The notes under the pieces: model-generated
Seen by the model: only the letters and a program-made list of their open reading frames with translations
What the model was told of the DNA's origin: nothing
Databases searched by the model: none
NCBI GenBank assembly: GCA_951406725.2
Contig: OX597815.1
Location: 197,098,001-197,162,000, forward strand
Length of the DNA stretch: 64,000 nt
Direction of reading: 5' to 3'
Source: Octopus vulgaris
Lineage: Eukaryota
Shown: positions 1 to 11,915 of the stretch, piece by piece
How positions within the stretch are numbered: the first letter of the stretch is position 1
Layout: each line of letters opens with the position of its first letter
Program-made: the position numbers and the translations under genes

Positions 1-660
1 TTGTCATGACAATTACTCTATGTATTTCCTTACCAGAGTAATATGATCTTAAACATATCATGTACAACAAATTGTTTAATGTGATAAAAAATTGTGAGCT
101 GATCATATTAGCGTATGATTCATTACAACTCTTCATTGATTTGAAAATTGTTCGTGTTAATTAGGAAAATTATTGATAATTTAGATGACTCTGTAATAAT
201 GAAGGCTATAGCCAGGAAATAAATCATTTTTATTGCTTATTTAAAAGTAATCTTCAAATTAGACAGAAAAATAAATAAATCATTCTAAAAACAAAGCAAT
301 CAAAATCGTACATGGTAGCTTGTAAAAAAAAAAAAAACAATTGAAGACTTTCCACAGTGTTGTACGGAAGCAGCGCCGCTTCATTCCATTTTGCGTTTCA
401 ATATTTTGATCAGGGTGCAACCCAGCAACGTTTACTAAATGTAAAAAAAGAATTTCATCTTTATGAATTCCGTAAGCTAAGAAATAGTTCTTTCTTTCTT
501 TCTTTGTCTCTCTCACTTTTTCTCCCTGTCTGTCTACACCTCTGCCTGTCAGTCTATCAGTCCGTCTACGTCTCTCACTTTCCTTCACTCCCTCCTTTCT
601 CTGCATAGATATATATATATATATATTTTTTTTTTTTTCATATATATATTTACTTCAAAA

Positions 661-800
661 TGTAATCGCGTGTGTACCGTTGGCGATTTTTTTCCTCCGT
701 CTTCCCTTTTTGGGATCTTTCCTTTTCTTATGTTTCTGACGAAGAGCTCCACTCGAAACGTTAAACCCTCCTTCTTTCCTTAGCGTCCAATAATATTTAC
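661..800 (+). mobile_element. Short Penelope-like/retrozyme-like non-autonomous element (HHR family, copy 1)
   Basis: Homologous to the reverse complement of 1538-1771, 10480-10681 and 43909-44070. Flanked by (TA)n. Contains the hammerhead-like motif at 732-766. Confidence 0.7.
732..766 (+). ncRNA. Minimal type-I hammerhead ribozyme-like motif
   Basis: GTTT-CTGACGA-A-GAG(ctcca)CTC-GAAAC-GTT-AAAC: CUGANGA and GAAA cores, stem II, loopless palindromic stem III (AACGTT), stem I GTTT/AAAC. Confidence 0.65.
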
Positions 801-807
801 GTCTATT

Positions 808-809
<2 letters not shown>

Positions 810-890
<81 letters not shown>

Positions 891-932
891 CATATATATA
901 TATATATATTTACATACATATATATATATATT

Positions 933-974
<42 letters not shown>

Positions 975-1088
975 TGTGTGTGTATATAAATATATATGTG
1001 TGTGTTTGTGTGTGTTTTATACCTATATATGTATATATATATATACATGTATATAAATGTATATATATGTATTTATATATATACTTAT
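810..1088. repeat. (TA)n/(TG)n compound microsatellite
   Basis: Directly visible. Confidence 0.95.
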
Positions 1089-1452
1089 ACACGAAGATGA
1101 CCATGTATACAACTGTTCTTGAATCCTATTAACACAATATTGCATGTAATATACGAATCATTCACCAGTTAACACCTGATCATGCAGCGTGGAAACAATC
1201 GTCGTGATTTGTATTAAAGCTCATTTGACTAATTTATAAATTATGTTACACACATATACATATAATCGTATCGGTTCACATTTTTCAACTACATATTTAG
1301 TGTTTATGCTCTCCAAAACCGTTCACTGTGCACCAATACATCAAGCTGTACCTGACAAAAGGATATATAAAATATAGTTAAATTTAGCCTGAACAACCTC
1401 TATATATTCATGTATATATACATATATACCTACATACATGCATACATGAATG

Positions 1453-1537
<85 letters not shown>

Positions 1538-1538
<1 letters not shown>

Positions 1539-1771
1539 GTTAATCCAAACAAGAACAAACAAAGAGAAAACACAACAACGCGAGGCCGTAGAACAAGTAT
1601 AGCGTTAGTGGACGCTCAGGAAAAGAAAGAAAGAAGGAGGATCTAACGTTTCAAGCGGATCTCTTCGTCAGAAAATAAAGGAAAAGTCAATGAAGGAAGA
1701 CGGCGGAAAAAAAGGAAAAGTCCAAGGAAGGGAAGACGGCGAGAGAAAATCGCCAACGATACACACGCGGT
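1538..1771 (-). mobile_element. HHR family element, copy 2 (tail-to-tail with copy 1)
   Basis: The minus strand reads tttt-CTGACGA-agagatccgctt-GAAAC-GTT at ~1645-1675. Flanks align with 10480-10681. Lies between (TA)/(TG) tracts. Confidence 0.7.
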
Positions 1772-1794
1772 TTCTTATCAGTTGCATGCGTATA

Positions 1795-1852
<58 letters not shown>

Positions 1853-1959
1853 CTGTAAACAGCCCTCTTTTTGAACACTCCAAACTCCTCCATGACAATC
1901 TATTTCAAAAGGTCGTGTGTGTATGAGGAGAAGCACTCCTGCAGTGTTACAAAATATTC

Positions 1960-2400
1960 GTAACTTTATATAAAATACATTTAAGTGCGTCTGAGAGAAT
2001 TGTAGTACTCGACGACTTTTTCTATAACTTATATTCACAAACTTGCTTATGGCATTAGAAGCAACGGTAGTGGCTTGCAAAATGGAATTGCATAGCACCT
2101 GTCATCTTAGAGTTTTTCTGTCTAATCTCGATGTGGGATGAACTGCATTTGATGCATTGATTAACAAGTTTTATTGATCAATTATCGATTCATCTGTGTC
2201 TTCCATCAAGCCGCGTTTATGTTAGAGAATATCAAACTGCATTTTACCAAGATCACTCGACCGATCAATATGCAAGGTGTAATCCAGACGTTTTGAGACT
2301 TTAGCAGAAGAGATATTTATTAATTTCAGAGAAGTGGAAAACGCTAATTTCCTTCAAAGCAGGATCCTCTAGCTTCGATGCAGTTATTATAGAGCTTCAG
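1960..2400 (-). pseudogene. Possible highly decayed hAT transposase C-terminal remnant
   Basis: Minus-strand ...QATTVASNAISK... weakly resembles the hAT dimerisation motif ATSVxSERxFS. Many disruptions. Confidence 0.25.
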
Positions 2401-2432
2401 ATAATTCACGATATCTATGTATATATATATGC

Positions 2433-2472
<40 letters not shown>

Positions 2473-2491
2473 TCGTGCTTTTATATATATA

Positions 2492-2774
2492 TCACCGTGA
2501 CCACCGTGACCGACCAGGCTATCAGATGTTGCTACACATCACTGGTCACAATGCGCTTCGCATTGTTTTGGCTAAGCGAGCTAGTCAACAGATGAAAGAG
2601 TGAGAGAAAGTTGGGGCGAAAGAGTACAGCAGGAATCGCCACCACACCCAGCTGGAGCCGCATGGAGCTTTAGGTGTTTTCGCTCAATAAACACTCACAA
2701 CGCCCGGTCTGGGAATCGAAACCGCGATCCTACAACCGCGAGTCCGCTGCCCTAACCACTGGGCCATTGCGCCT

Positions 2775-2776
<2 letters not shown>
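2492..2776 (-). mobile_element. tRNA-derived SINE, family C
   Basis: Head GGAGGCGCAATGGCCCAGTGGTTAGGGC...GGTTTCGATTCCC (Pol III A/B boxes). Near-identical to 13058-13340 and 38977-39278. Confidence 0.9.
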
Positions 2777-2831
<55 letters not shown>

Positions 2832-2842
2832 TATTTATTAAT

Positions 2843-3177
2843 GGTGGAGCAATAGCCTAGTGGTTAGGGCAGAGGACTCGCGGTCGTATGATCGCGGTTT
2901 GGATTCCCAGTCCGGGCGTTATAAGTGTTTATTGACCGAAAACACCTAAAGCTCCACGAGGCTCCGAAAGGGGGCGGCGGTGAACTTTGCTGTATTCTTT
3001 CACCACAAATTTCTCTCACTCTTTCTTCCTGTTTCTGTTGTACCTGTATTTAAAACGGCCAGCTTTGTCACACTCTGTGTCACGCTGAATCTCCCCGAGA
3101 ACTACGTTAAGTGTATACGTGTCTGTGGAGTGGTCAGCCACTTACACGTTAATTTGACGAGCAGGCTGTTCCGTTGA
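2843..3177 (+). mobile_element. tRNA-derived SINE, family C head with a different 3' tail
   Basis: Same head and body as 2492-2776 in the opposite orientation. The tail differs after about 190 bp. Confidence 0.85.
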
Positions 3178-3239
3178 CATTTAATCTCATGCATAGTAAA
3201 TTTATGGATATTTATAAAAGGAAATATGTAAAGGGAAAC

Positions 3240-3790
3240 TACGAGGTGTCGACTGAAAATTACATACGATGACCAAGATATTCTCATAGAATGGGGCCAA
3301 ATGAGGTTTAATTTTCAACGTAAACTCCCTTGCGGTTCGCTTACTTCTTCCATCATTTTGCAGCGCTTCGCTCCCTTTGCTAAGGAAGCTTTCATCCTAT
3401 TCTCATAGAATGGGGCCAAATGAGGTTTAATTTTCAACGTAAACTCCCTTGCGGTTCGCTTACTTCTTCCATCATTTTGCAGCGCTTCGCCCCCTTTGCT
3501 AAGGAAGCTTTCATCCTTTTGGTCAAAGAAATCATCAACAGCAAATATAATGTCATCATCCTTGCGAATCTGGTTCTGAGCCAATTGTTTTTATATGTTG
3601 GGGAACAGGTGATAGTCAGATGGGGTCAAATCAGGAGAATAGGGTGAGTGATCAACCAGTTCAAAGCACAGCATTGAATTGAAACCATGCACAGCAGCTA
3701 TTGAAACCGAGTATTTGTGTGCTGGAGCATTTTCTTGAAGAACCTAGACACCTTTCATTAGTTTTCCTGTACGTTTTGTCGTGATAGGCT
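3240..3790 (-). mobile_element. Mariner transposon 3' fragment (decayed) with 119-bp internal tandem duplication
   Basis: TA-CGAGG...TGAAAA TIR-like end at 3240. The minus strand encodes SPDLTPSDYHLFP and DDDIIFAVDDFFDQKDESF (mariner C-terminus). Confidence 0.85.
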
Positions 3791-4774
3791 TTCGTACGAC
3801 AGATGTGCTCAGGAAATTTACAAAACTGTAAACGTATTGGTACACGAAAAGCTTTATTTCAAGAATGTATATCTCATAATCCATTCACAGGGAAGATGAT
3901 AATTTAATGGTTAAATTAGTGTTAACATATTTACCTAAGGGAACTTCAAATCGATAATTAGAAATAGAGAAACGAAAACATTATTTATTCATGAATAAAA
4001 AAATATTTTCACATACAACGATAGAGAACTTATGGTTAAAAATATTTTCAGATAGGACGGTAGAGAACTTATGGGTGTTGTAATCAATATTGGCTAGGAA
4101 TAGTTTAATTTTGCTTCTATATAGAGGTAGAGACAATAAAAACTAATATTTGATTATATATAATATGTACCAATCTATGTAATATTATATTTTTACATAG
4201 TGATGCAACGAGTAATAAAAGAAAATACACAGGCCACACAACGTATTTATAATATAGGAATATTACAGGGTGAGAAAAAGAGAGAGAGGGGGAGGGGGAG
4301 ATAACTTTTTTAACTGAATATCTAAAATTCATGCAAAATATTCCAATTGTAAAATTCATAGCACAGCAATATAAATTCTTTCGATTTTTCGTAAAACCAT
4401 AAAAATAACTTTTATATCACTTACATTTTAGATATAGTTTCATATCCGCAAGAAAACTTCACACAAATCGCCAAGAAGCAACGAACCCTATAATCAAAAG
4501 ACACATGATACATAATATTCTGTATCCAAAAAGGATCTGATGCAAATCCATCTCGCAGTTTGTCAAAGCTTTGATAATTGCGAATATCTTTTTAAAATAA
4601 TGTAGGTTAATCACTGCACCTATTCAACCCAGACAAAGAATATATGACCTCCTCGAATATTCAGATGTTAACAGAACATTATTTACCGCGACAAATTCAG
4701 CCCTCCACATATTCTTATAATTATTCAAAATATTCAGAAACTGGTCGAAAATTGACATCAATAATTATTTATAA

Positions 4775-4952
4775 TTTTGTCACAAAGCCAGCAATTTTAA
4801 GGGTGGGGATAAATCGTTCTCAACAATCCTGTGGACAACTGGTACTTATTTTATCGACTTCGGCGAAATTTAGTCTTAAAATGTAAAGAGCTGGGATTAA
4901 ATGCTGCTAAGCATTTTGTCTGACGTGCAAGCATTTTGCTAGCTCACAACCT
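4775..4952 (-). mobile_element. Degenerate SINE, family A
   Basis: actggtacttattttatcgac...cggcgaaattt...gctagctc aligns with the family A copies. Confidence 0.7.
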
Positions 4953-5105
4953 TGAGAATGTATTTATTTTGTAACCGTTCTTGTCTAGCCAAACCTGTTC
5001 TTCTAGCGTTGTTCTGATCACGTGTTCCACATCAAGGCTGTACTCGAAGACGCTAAATTTTCTCAGGTTCAACTTCTTTTTGCATTTGTTGTTATTTTTA
5101 GGATA

Positions 5106-6175
5106 GGGATTATTTTAATTAGAATGTTTACAGCCGTGACATTGCAAGGTATCTTCTTTGTGTCTTTTTTTTCCGTTGCTTCGTGGACCACTCCATAAGG
5201 ATTAAATAGCACAATTAGAAAATTCCTACGTTCCAATGTTCTCTTCCTAAATCTGCAACTGGATTAATTGACACCACATTGAAACTTTCAACTGTTCGGC
5301 TCTGATTATGAATTTACATTCATACTAATAATTATTGGCGTAGACGTTTATGTTAACAAATGGATATGCCAATTTCAGGAGAAGCTAGGGTTTTCAAGCA
5401 AACTAAGGTAGCGCACTTGTATCCATCTTTATTCTATATACTGTACTAGCAGTATCGCCCGGCGTTGCGCGATTTGTAAGGGAAAAAACTATATAAGCAT
5501 TTTTAGAGAGTTACTTCCCTTATGTAATAGCAAAAAATTGCATTAAAAATGGGAAAAAATTATGGTAAATTTTTTTTTAAATCGTAGACTCATCGTAGAC
5601 GCGCGCTAATACCCAGAAGGGCTCGATATGAATCACGACAATAAGATACTCGCTTTTGGTTACACTGCACCGCAAAATGTGGGAGTAGTTACGAATCTAA
5701 ATCGTAGGAGACAGACACACAACTTCACTTTTATATATAAAGATTAGGCTGGGTTGCAATAGCTTCTTGTAAATCTATACTCAACCATTAAGAAATTTTC
5801 ATTGGTTTAACTTCGTCTTGCTTCTGTCGTTATTTTTTTCCCGTTGCTTCGTGGACCTCTCAATAAGGATTAAATAGGACAATGGGAAAATTCCTACTTT
5901 CCAATGTTCTCTTCTTAAATCTGCTACAGGATTAATTGACAGCCGCATTGAAACTTTCAGCTGTTCGGGTTTGATTATGAATTTACATCCATGCTAATAA
6001 TTCTGGAGGGGAGATTTCTGATAAACGGATATGCCTGGGATTATTTTAACTGAAATTCTGGCAGCTCTGTCACTTCAAGATATCTTCCGTGCTGTACTTT
6101 CTCTCTCCTATGCCTCGTAGACTCCTCAGTAAGAATTACTTAGAACAATTAGCACAATTCCTGCTTTCCAATGTA
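5106..6175. repeat. Diverged local direct repeat (5160-5370 vs 5825-6035; 5106-5240 vs 6037-6175)
   Basis: Shared blocks ccgttgcttcgtggacc, ttccaatgttctcttc, gattatgaatttacat, ggatatgcc and gggattattttaa. Confidence 0.8.
5446..5743 (-). mobile_element. Non-autonomous Helitron
   Basis: The minus strand starts A|TC and ends gcaacgccgggcgatactgCTAG|T, with a GC-rich subterminal hairpin region and an A/T insertion site. The 3' end is shared with 49997-50378. Confidence 0.8.
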
Positions 6176-6635
6176 TCGAAATTTATAACTTCACTACTTA
6201 CATTTTGTTATGTCACACCTTCGGATGCCTCTACTACTCTGACTGTTACTCAACTGTGCTCGTCTCTACTCAGTTCTAGTCTGAACTCTGACGTCTACGC
6301 TTCTCCCACTATATCTACGTATTGGGCTAGCCTACTTCATCGTCTGGGGGCGTCCACACAACACATTTAAGCAGCAGTAAAGCGTGTCGCCAGCATTTAT
6401 TACTGTAAGATGCAGACAGTATCCATAATACTAACACGATCTTTGATGATACAACCTGCAAGTAGAAAAGAAAAACTTAAGGATACGGTGGTAAAAATTA
6501 ATATATAAAAATGATCGTTGTTGTCATCCCAACACCCAATGATGGAACTTTATTTTTCCTTGCTATGTCCAGCTTCCTCATTCTAGAAAGACATACATGT
6601 TTACACGCGACCTTGTACATATACTACGAAAAGGT

Positions 6636-6925
6636 ATAACTCAGTGTTAGAGCAACCATAAGGTTGTGTGTTTGGTTCTCTGACTGGGCTGTGTGTTATG
6701 TTCTTGAGTAAGATACTTTATTTCAAGTTGCTCCAGTACACTCAGCTATTGAAATGAGTTTCGACTTCACTGGTGCCAAGCTGTATCGGCCTTACACTTT
6801 CCCTCGAACAACATCGATGGCGTGAGGAGCGGAGACTGGTATGCAAGGGCGACTGCTAGTCTTCCAGAAACGACCTTGCCCAGACTTCTATTCTGGAGGG
6901 GAGCCTTCTGAGAGCAATCCCACGA
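6636..6925 (+). mobile_element. Degenerate tRNA-derived SINE, family D
   Basis: gactgggctgtgtgttatgttcttgagtaagatactttatttcaagttgctcc matches the reverse complement of 14470-14790. Confidence 0.7.
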
Positions 6926-7973
6926 AAAGTGTGAAGACCCCATTCCAGGTCTCTGCCCTTTATGTTTATATGTGCTAGTTTGTATATGTTATTAATTCTA
7001 TTGTCTATTTTTCATTTACCTCTACTGGAGATTTTGTACAATATTGTTAATAAGGTGAATGATCGATCGAGGAATAGCCTTCTTTGATACAGCACTGACC
7101 TGGTATTTTCGATATTTTCTCTATGTGTGTATGTGTGTGTGTGTGTGTCTGTGTGTCTGTTTGTGTGTGTGTGTGTGTGCGCGTACGTGTGTGATTTATG
7201 CACGTGTGCATGCAACTTTTACAGGGAAATATTTCTGCACGAATTCTTAAACTTTCCGAGTAAAATTCGCATTCATGCTTATTAATGTTACGAGTGCACC
7301 TGATTCAATGTCTCTTCATAAATTAGACTTTTAATCCATTAAGTAAAGATTTATTAATCGTACGTTAATTTCTATAGCAGTATAATTTTTCACACTCGTT
7401 TATTTCCATAGCAAGCCAAAAAAAAAAAATGCATCTAATTTCTCGATGATATTTATTAATAACATTTTGGATTAAATTTATACAGTTTACAAAACACAAT
7501 TTTCGAATTACCATAATTCATTCGATTTCTATATTAATAAATATAATCAATTTCAATTGAAGAACAATTTTCTTGAATCCTATGCAAATAATATAGCTGA
7601 TATAATCATACACATATTATATTAATTTTTTTAATGCTAAATGCCTGGTCATATTTTCCCAAATACATCTAAATATTGCTGGCTTATGCATTAATAAATG
7701 ATAATGACTTGTTTGAAAATTGTATAAACAAATTTTGCCAGAAAGCAAACTAATAATTCATGCTAATGCCAAGCAAACCGCTCGAATTATCATAGCTGTG
7801 TGTTCATGTATATTAAATCTCAACCTTTATTCAATAGCTGTTATTATAAAATCATAAATCAAAAGCTATGGAAATTAGTAGCCAATATGAAACAGCGTAT
7901 GGTAAGCGTTTCTGCGCACGAGGTAAAATTCCCTGCGAGCTAATACAGTTTAGAAAATTCAATTGAAGTTTGC

Positions 7974-8021
7974 GACTACAACACGTGACTTAGACATCAG
8001 TCTAAGTCACGTGTTATAGTC
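7974..8021. repeat. Near-perfect hairpin (22-bp arms, 4-nt loop)
   Basis: gactacaacacgtgacttagac-atca-gtctaagtcacgtgttatagtc, one mismatch. Confidence 0.9.
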
Positions 8022-8227
8022 AGTGCGCTTGTAATAGAATAGATCGTTCTGTGTTTATTCAGTGCAAGTGCCTCGTAGATATAAAATGTGGAACATATTA
8101 ATATTAGGCATTTCATAGAATGCACTAATATTGAAAAGAAACTGGAAAGCAAAATTATCTTTATTACGCTTTACATTTAACATTTTATAATGCCAAAGTA
8201 ATATAATGTGTATGGCTTTATAATGTG

Positions 8228-8645
8228 AGTGCCTTTGTGCCAGTGTGTGTCCCCAGAACTGCTTGACAACCAGTGTTGTGTTCTCTCAATATCCGCTCAG
8301 TTGAAGTCGACTCTGTCACTCGTTGGATCAGTGTCCTCCAGTCAGTTCTATCCTGGGTCGCTTCCTTCAGACTGGCCATGTCCATTCCGGTATCAATCCT
8401 GATGGTGTCAAGCCAGCGGGTTCTTGGTCGGCCTCTTCCTCTCTTGCCACTGACCATTCCGAGCATGATGTCCTTCTCTAGGGATTCACATCCTCGTAAC
8501 CCAGCAGTTTGGTAAAAGAAACTGATAGAATAAATAGAAGGCTTTAAGAAAAATAAGTACGGGGTTATTTCATTCGACTAAAATTCTTCAAAGCTGTGCC
8601 CCAGCATAGCCGTAGTCTAATGAGTGAAACAAGTCAGTTATAAAA
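8228..8645 (+). mobile_element. SINE family B 3' half, interrupted by an RTE fragment
   Basis: gcttgacaaccagtgttgtgtt stops at ~8282 and resumes as acatcctcgtaac at ~8488. Confidence 0.75.
8284..8487 (-). mobile_element. RTE-clade LINE 3' fragment
   Basis: MLGMVSGKRGRGRPRTRWLDTI...DRTDWR is a typical RTE ORF C-terminus. Highly similar to 24272-24480. Confidence 0.9.
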
Positions 8646-8661
8646 GCTGCATTGTATGAAA

Positions 8662-9060
8662 GGCGCAAGAGTGGCTGTGTGGTAAGTAGCTTGCTTGCCA
8701 ACCACATGGCTCCGGGTTCTATTCCACTGCATGTCACCTTGGACAAGTGTCTTCTATGATAGCCTCAGGCCAACCAGAGACTTGTGAGTAGCTTTAGTAG
8801 AGAGAAAATGAAAGAAGCTAGTCATGTGTGTATATATATATATATATATGGGTGGAGGGGTGCGTGTGTGTGTGTGTCTGTGTTTGTCACCCCCACCATC
8901 ATTTGACAACCGATGCTGGTGTGTTTACATCCCCGAAACTTAGCGGTTTGACCAAAGGGACTAATAGAATAAGCACTAGGCTTACAGAGAATAAGTCCTA
9001 GGGTCGATATGTTGGACTAAAGGCGGTGCTCCAGCATGGCCGCAATCAAATGCCTGAAAC
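8662..9060 (+). mobile_element. tRNA-derived SINE, family B
   Basis: GGCGCAAGAGTGGCTGTGTGGTAAG head, internal microsatellite, ctccagcatggccgca tail. Matches 14965, 19160 and 60119. Confidence 0.9.
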
Positions 9061-9317
9061 TTTTGAATCTCTCCCAGTGAGAATAGCGTGAGAGATGTTA
9101 ACACCATTTGAAGAATAATTGGATGAAACTGAAGTCAATGCAGCCGTATTAAAATGCAGCTGTTTTTTAAAAATGATATTCAGTGATCGAATTCATTAAA
9201 ACCTATATATTCACGAAAACTTTAAGCTTCTTAAAATTTCGATAGTGCACTAAATATTTAAAAGATTATTTCCAGGAACATCTTGAGTATAGCAGGAGAA
9301 CGGAGTCAACGAACCTC

Positions 9318-9741
9318 CTCTCCTTCTTCTTCTTCTTCTTCTTCTTCTTCTTCTTCTTCTTCTTCTTCTACTACTACTACTTCTTTTTCTTCTTCTTCTC
9401 CTCCTCCTTCTTCTCCTCCTCCTCCTTCTTCTTCTTCTTCTTCGTCTTCTTCTTCTTCTTATCATTCTCCTCCTTCTTCTTCTCCTTCTTCTTCTTCTTC
9501 TTATTTTCCTTTTTTCTTTCTTCTTCGTTTCCTCCTCCTTCCTCTTCTCTTTCTTCTCCTCCTCCTCCTCCTCTTCTTCCTCCTCTTGCTCCTCATTCTT
9601 CTTCTTCTTCTTCCTCCTCATTCTTCTTCTTCTTCTCTTCTTCTTCTTCTTCTTCATCTCCTTCTTCTTCTTCTTCTTCATCTCCTTCTTCTTCTTCTTC
9701 TTCTTCTTCTTCTTCTTCTTCTTCTTCTTCTTCTTCTTCTT
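9318..9741. repeat. (CTT)n/(CCT)n polypyrimidine microsatellite
   Basis: Directly visible. It is the source of the poly-K/R and poly-S/L ORFs. Confidence 0.95.
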
Positions 9742-10404
9742 GTGTGTTAAGTTAATCAGGATGGCGTGCATGTGTACGCGCGTACGTACTGTACGTGTTT
9801 GTACTGAGTATGCGTTTATGTGTGAGTGTGTGTATGTGGGTGTGGTTTATGTAGTTTTCGTATGTGTGTGCATGTGCGTGTGTGTGTGTACTATATTAGT
9901 TGTAGCAAAGTGTGTATGTCTGTACGTGTGCATACGTGTGTGTGTGTTTTTCCTGTGTGCTGCGTACATATGTTTGTGTGTATTGTTGTGAGTGATTTAT
10001 TTCTATTGTTTGTGAACGCGCACATGCACGCACACCCGAAATCTACATAAACCGCACCCACATATACACACGCACACACACAAACGCATACTCCGTACAA
10101 ACATACGCACATATGCACACCACCCTGATAAACGTAATACACACGGACACATAAGGAACCCCAGACAAATACAACGCAAGCACAAATACACACTCTCACG
10201 CATACATACATATATATATACACATGCACAATCACACACACACACGCGCACATACAGCACCCTGACAAATACAAATCGCACATATACACACACACATGCA
10301 AACGTGCACACATGTGCGCACCACCCTGCTAAATATAAAACACACGCAAACACGCCATACTGAACTATAAGACCAGTCAATAAAACCCCACATACATACA
10401 CAAG

Positions 10405-10478
<74 letters not shown>

Positions 10479-10479
10479 A

Positions 10480-10681
10480 AGTTAATCCAAACAAGAAAGC
10501 ACAAAAAAACACAACAACGCGAGGATGTGGAATAAATATAGTATTATTGGACGCTCAGGAAAGAAGGAAAGAAGGAGGGTTTAACGTTTCGAGCGGAGCT
10601 CTTCGTCGGAAACATAGGAGAAGAAAAGATCTAGAGAAGGGAAGACAGAGGAAAAAAAGCCAACGGTACACACGTGGTCAC
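10480..10681 (-). mobile_element. HHR family element, copy 3
   Basis: Minus strand GTTT-CCGACGA-A-GAGC-TCC-GCTC-GAAAC-GTT-AAAC at ~10579-10613. Directly abuts (TA)n. Confidence 0.75.
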
Positions 10682-10769
10682 ACACACACACATATATATA
10701 TATATATTTACACAAACACACATAGAACTGTACACACACTCAATCACACACACTCACACCATCTTGAAC

Positions 10770-11385
10770 TCTAAGACCAGTCCAACAACCACTGAACCAT
10801 GACAGACTATCCCAGAAATAAAAAAAATTCCACAAACTATATCAATGCTTTCCCCCACCAACCAATCCCCGCAGCATTTCTAAAATTAGCAACCATCCTT
10901 GCCAAACACAGAAACGAGACCGGAGATGAAGGAAAAAAGGTTGGTCATTCCCCTAAAATTCTGTGTGAATACTTAAAAATGATTTCCGATGAAGTTTTGG
11001 CTAAACAACACACGCTTTCTCCTATCAAATACTGTCTATAAATTCTTCCTGTGTATATACTTCTATGCAATCAGGATTTTTGATGAACTTATAAATAATT
11101 ATGAATTTATTTTACTACCTGTTTTGAACATTTTGTGTAATCTGTTTAAACACAAAGCCCCTTTTAACATTTTCTTATCATTATCAAAGACTGTATCATT
11201 GTATTTTAATACATCTATGATAACCATTTTTTAACACAACAAAGCTGCACTATGTTTTACATTTTACTTTTGAATATCTTTTTTGTTAAAGTGAAACCGG
11301 TCAAGTGAATAAACATCTTTAAAAGACCTCTGCCTTTTCAAATCCTCTTTCCTATATATTTTCATCGTGCGGTACCTTGCAATTT
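10770..11385 (+). mobile_element. Possible decayed Penelope-like element 3' remnant
   Basis: Lies between TA tracts and carries GAAACCGGTC followed by AATAAA (~11293-11313), like the 3' half of PLE hammerhead termini. No clear ORF. Confidence 0.3.
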
Positions 11386-11392
11386 TACTTTG

Positions 11393-11456
<64 letters not shown>

Positions 11457-11714
11457 TAATAAATAAAATAGAACATATGCATATATACATACATATGTGT
11501 ACGTGCCTACCTCCACATGTATATATACATGCATATATGGGTACAGGACACCAAAAAAAAAAAAACGCCGAACACAATGAGAAGCGAAAACATAAACACA
11601 AAATCAAGGAACTGGACATTTTTCTTAAACAACGAAAAATTAGAGTACAGGACAAATAACACAAGGAAAATTCCCCTTCTTTAGTCGCCATAGTTTCACC
11701 TACTCTGCGTTTCG

Positions 11715-11915
11715 AGGGAGAATTCACAAAAATACAACAACAAAAGACGAAGACAGGTGGTGTAGACAACAAACAGATGTATTAGTATAACGCTCGGGAA
11801 GTGAAAAGGTCTTTAACGTTTCGAGCCTACGCTCTTCCACAGAATGGAACAAAGAAGAAAGAAGGAGAGAAAATAAAGAATGTGTAGTGGCCAGCGATCT
11901 ATCATAGCGATAGCT
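11715..11915 (-). mobile_element. HHR family element, subfamily 2 (copy 4)
   Basis: Minus strand CTGTGGA-A-GAGC-GTAG-GCTC-GAAAC-GTT-AAAG at ~11811-11845. Homologous to 27955-28135. Confidence 0.65.

Noticed and set aside
2690-2776. tRNA-like sequences at SINE heads
   Set aside because: They have A/B boxes but run into repeated SINE bodies, so they are not standalone tRNA genes.
9250-9771. Poly-K/R and poly-S/L ORFs
   Set aside because: They are translations of a (CTT)n microsatellite.
11670-11720. Minus-strand CCCTC-GAAA...CTAAAGA-AGGG (related CTGATGA-AGGG at ~15733-15776) as a type-II hammerhead
   Set aside because: No NUH site with a compatible stem III and stem I could be built. Probably part of another PLE-related repeat.
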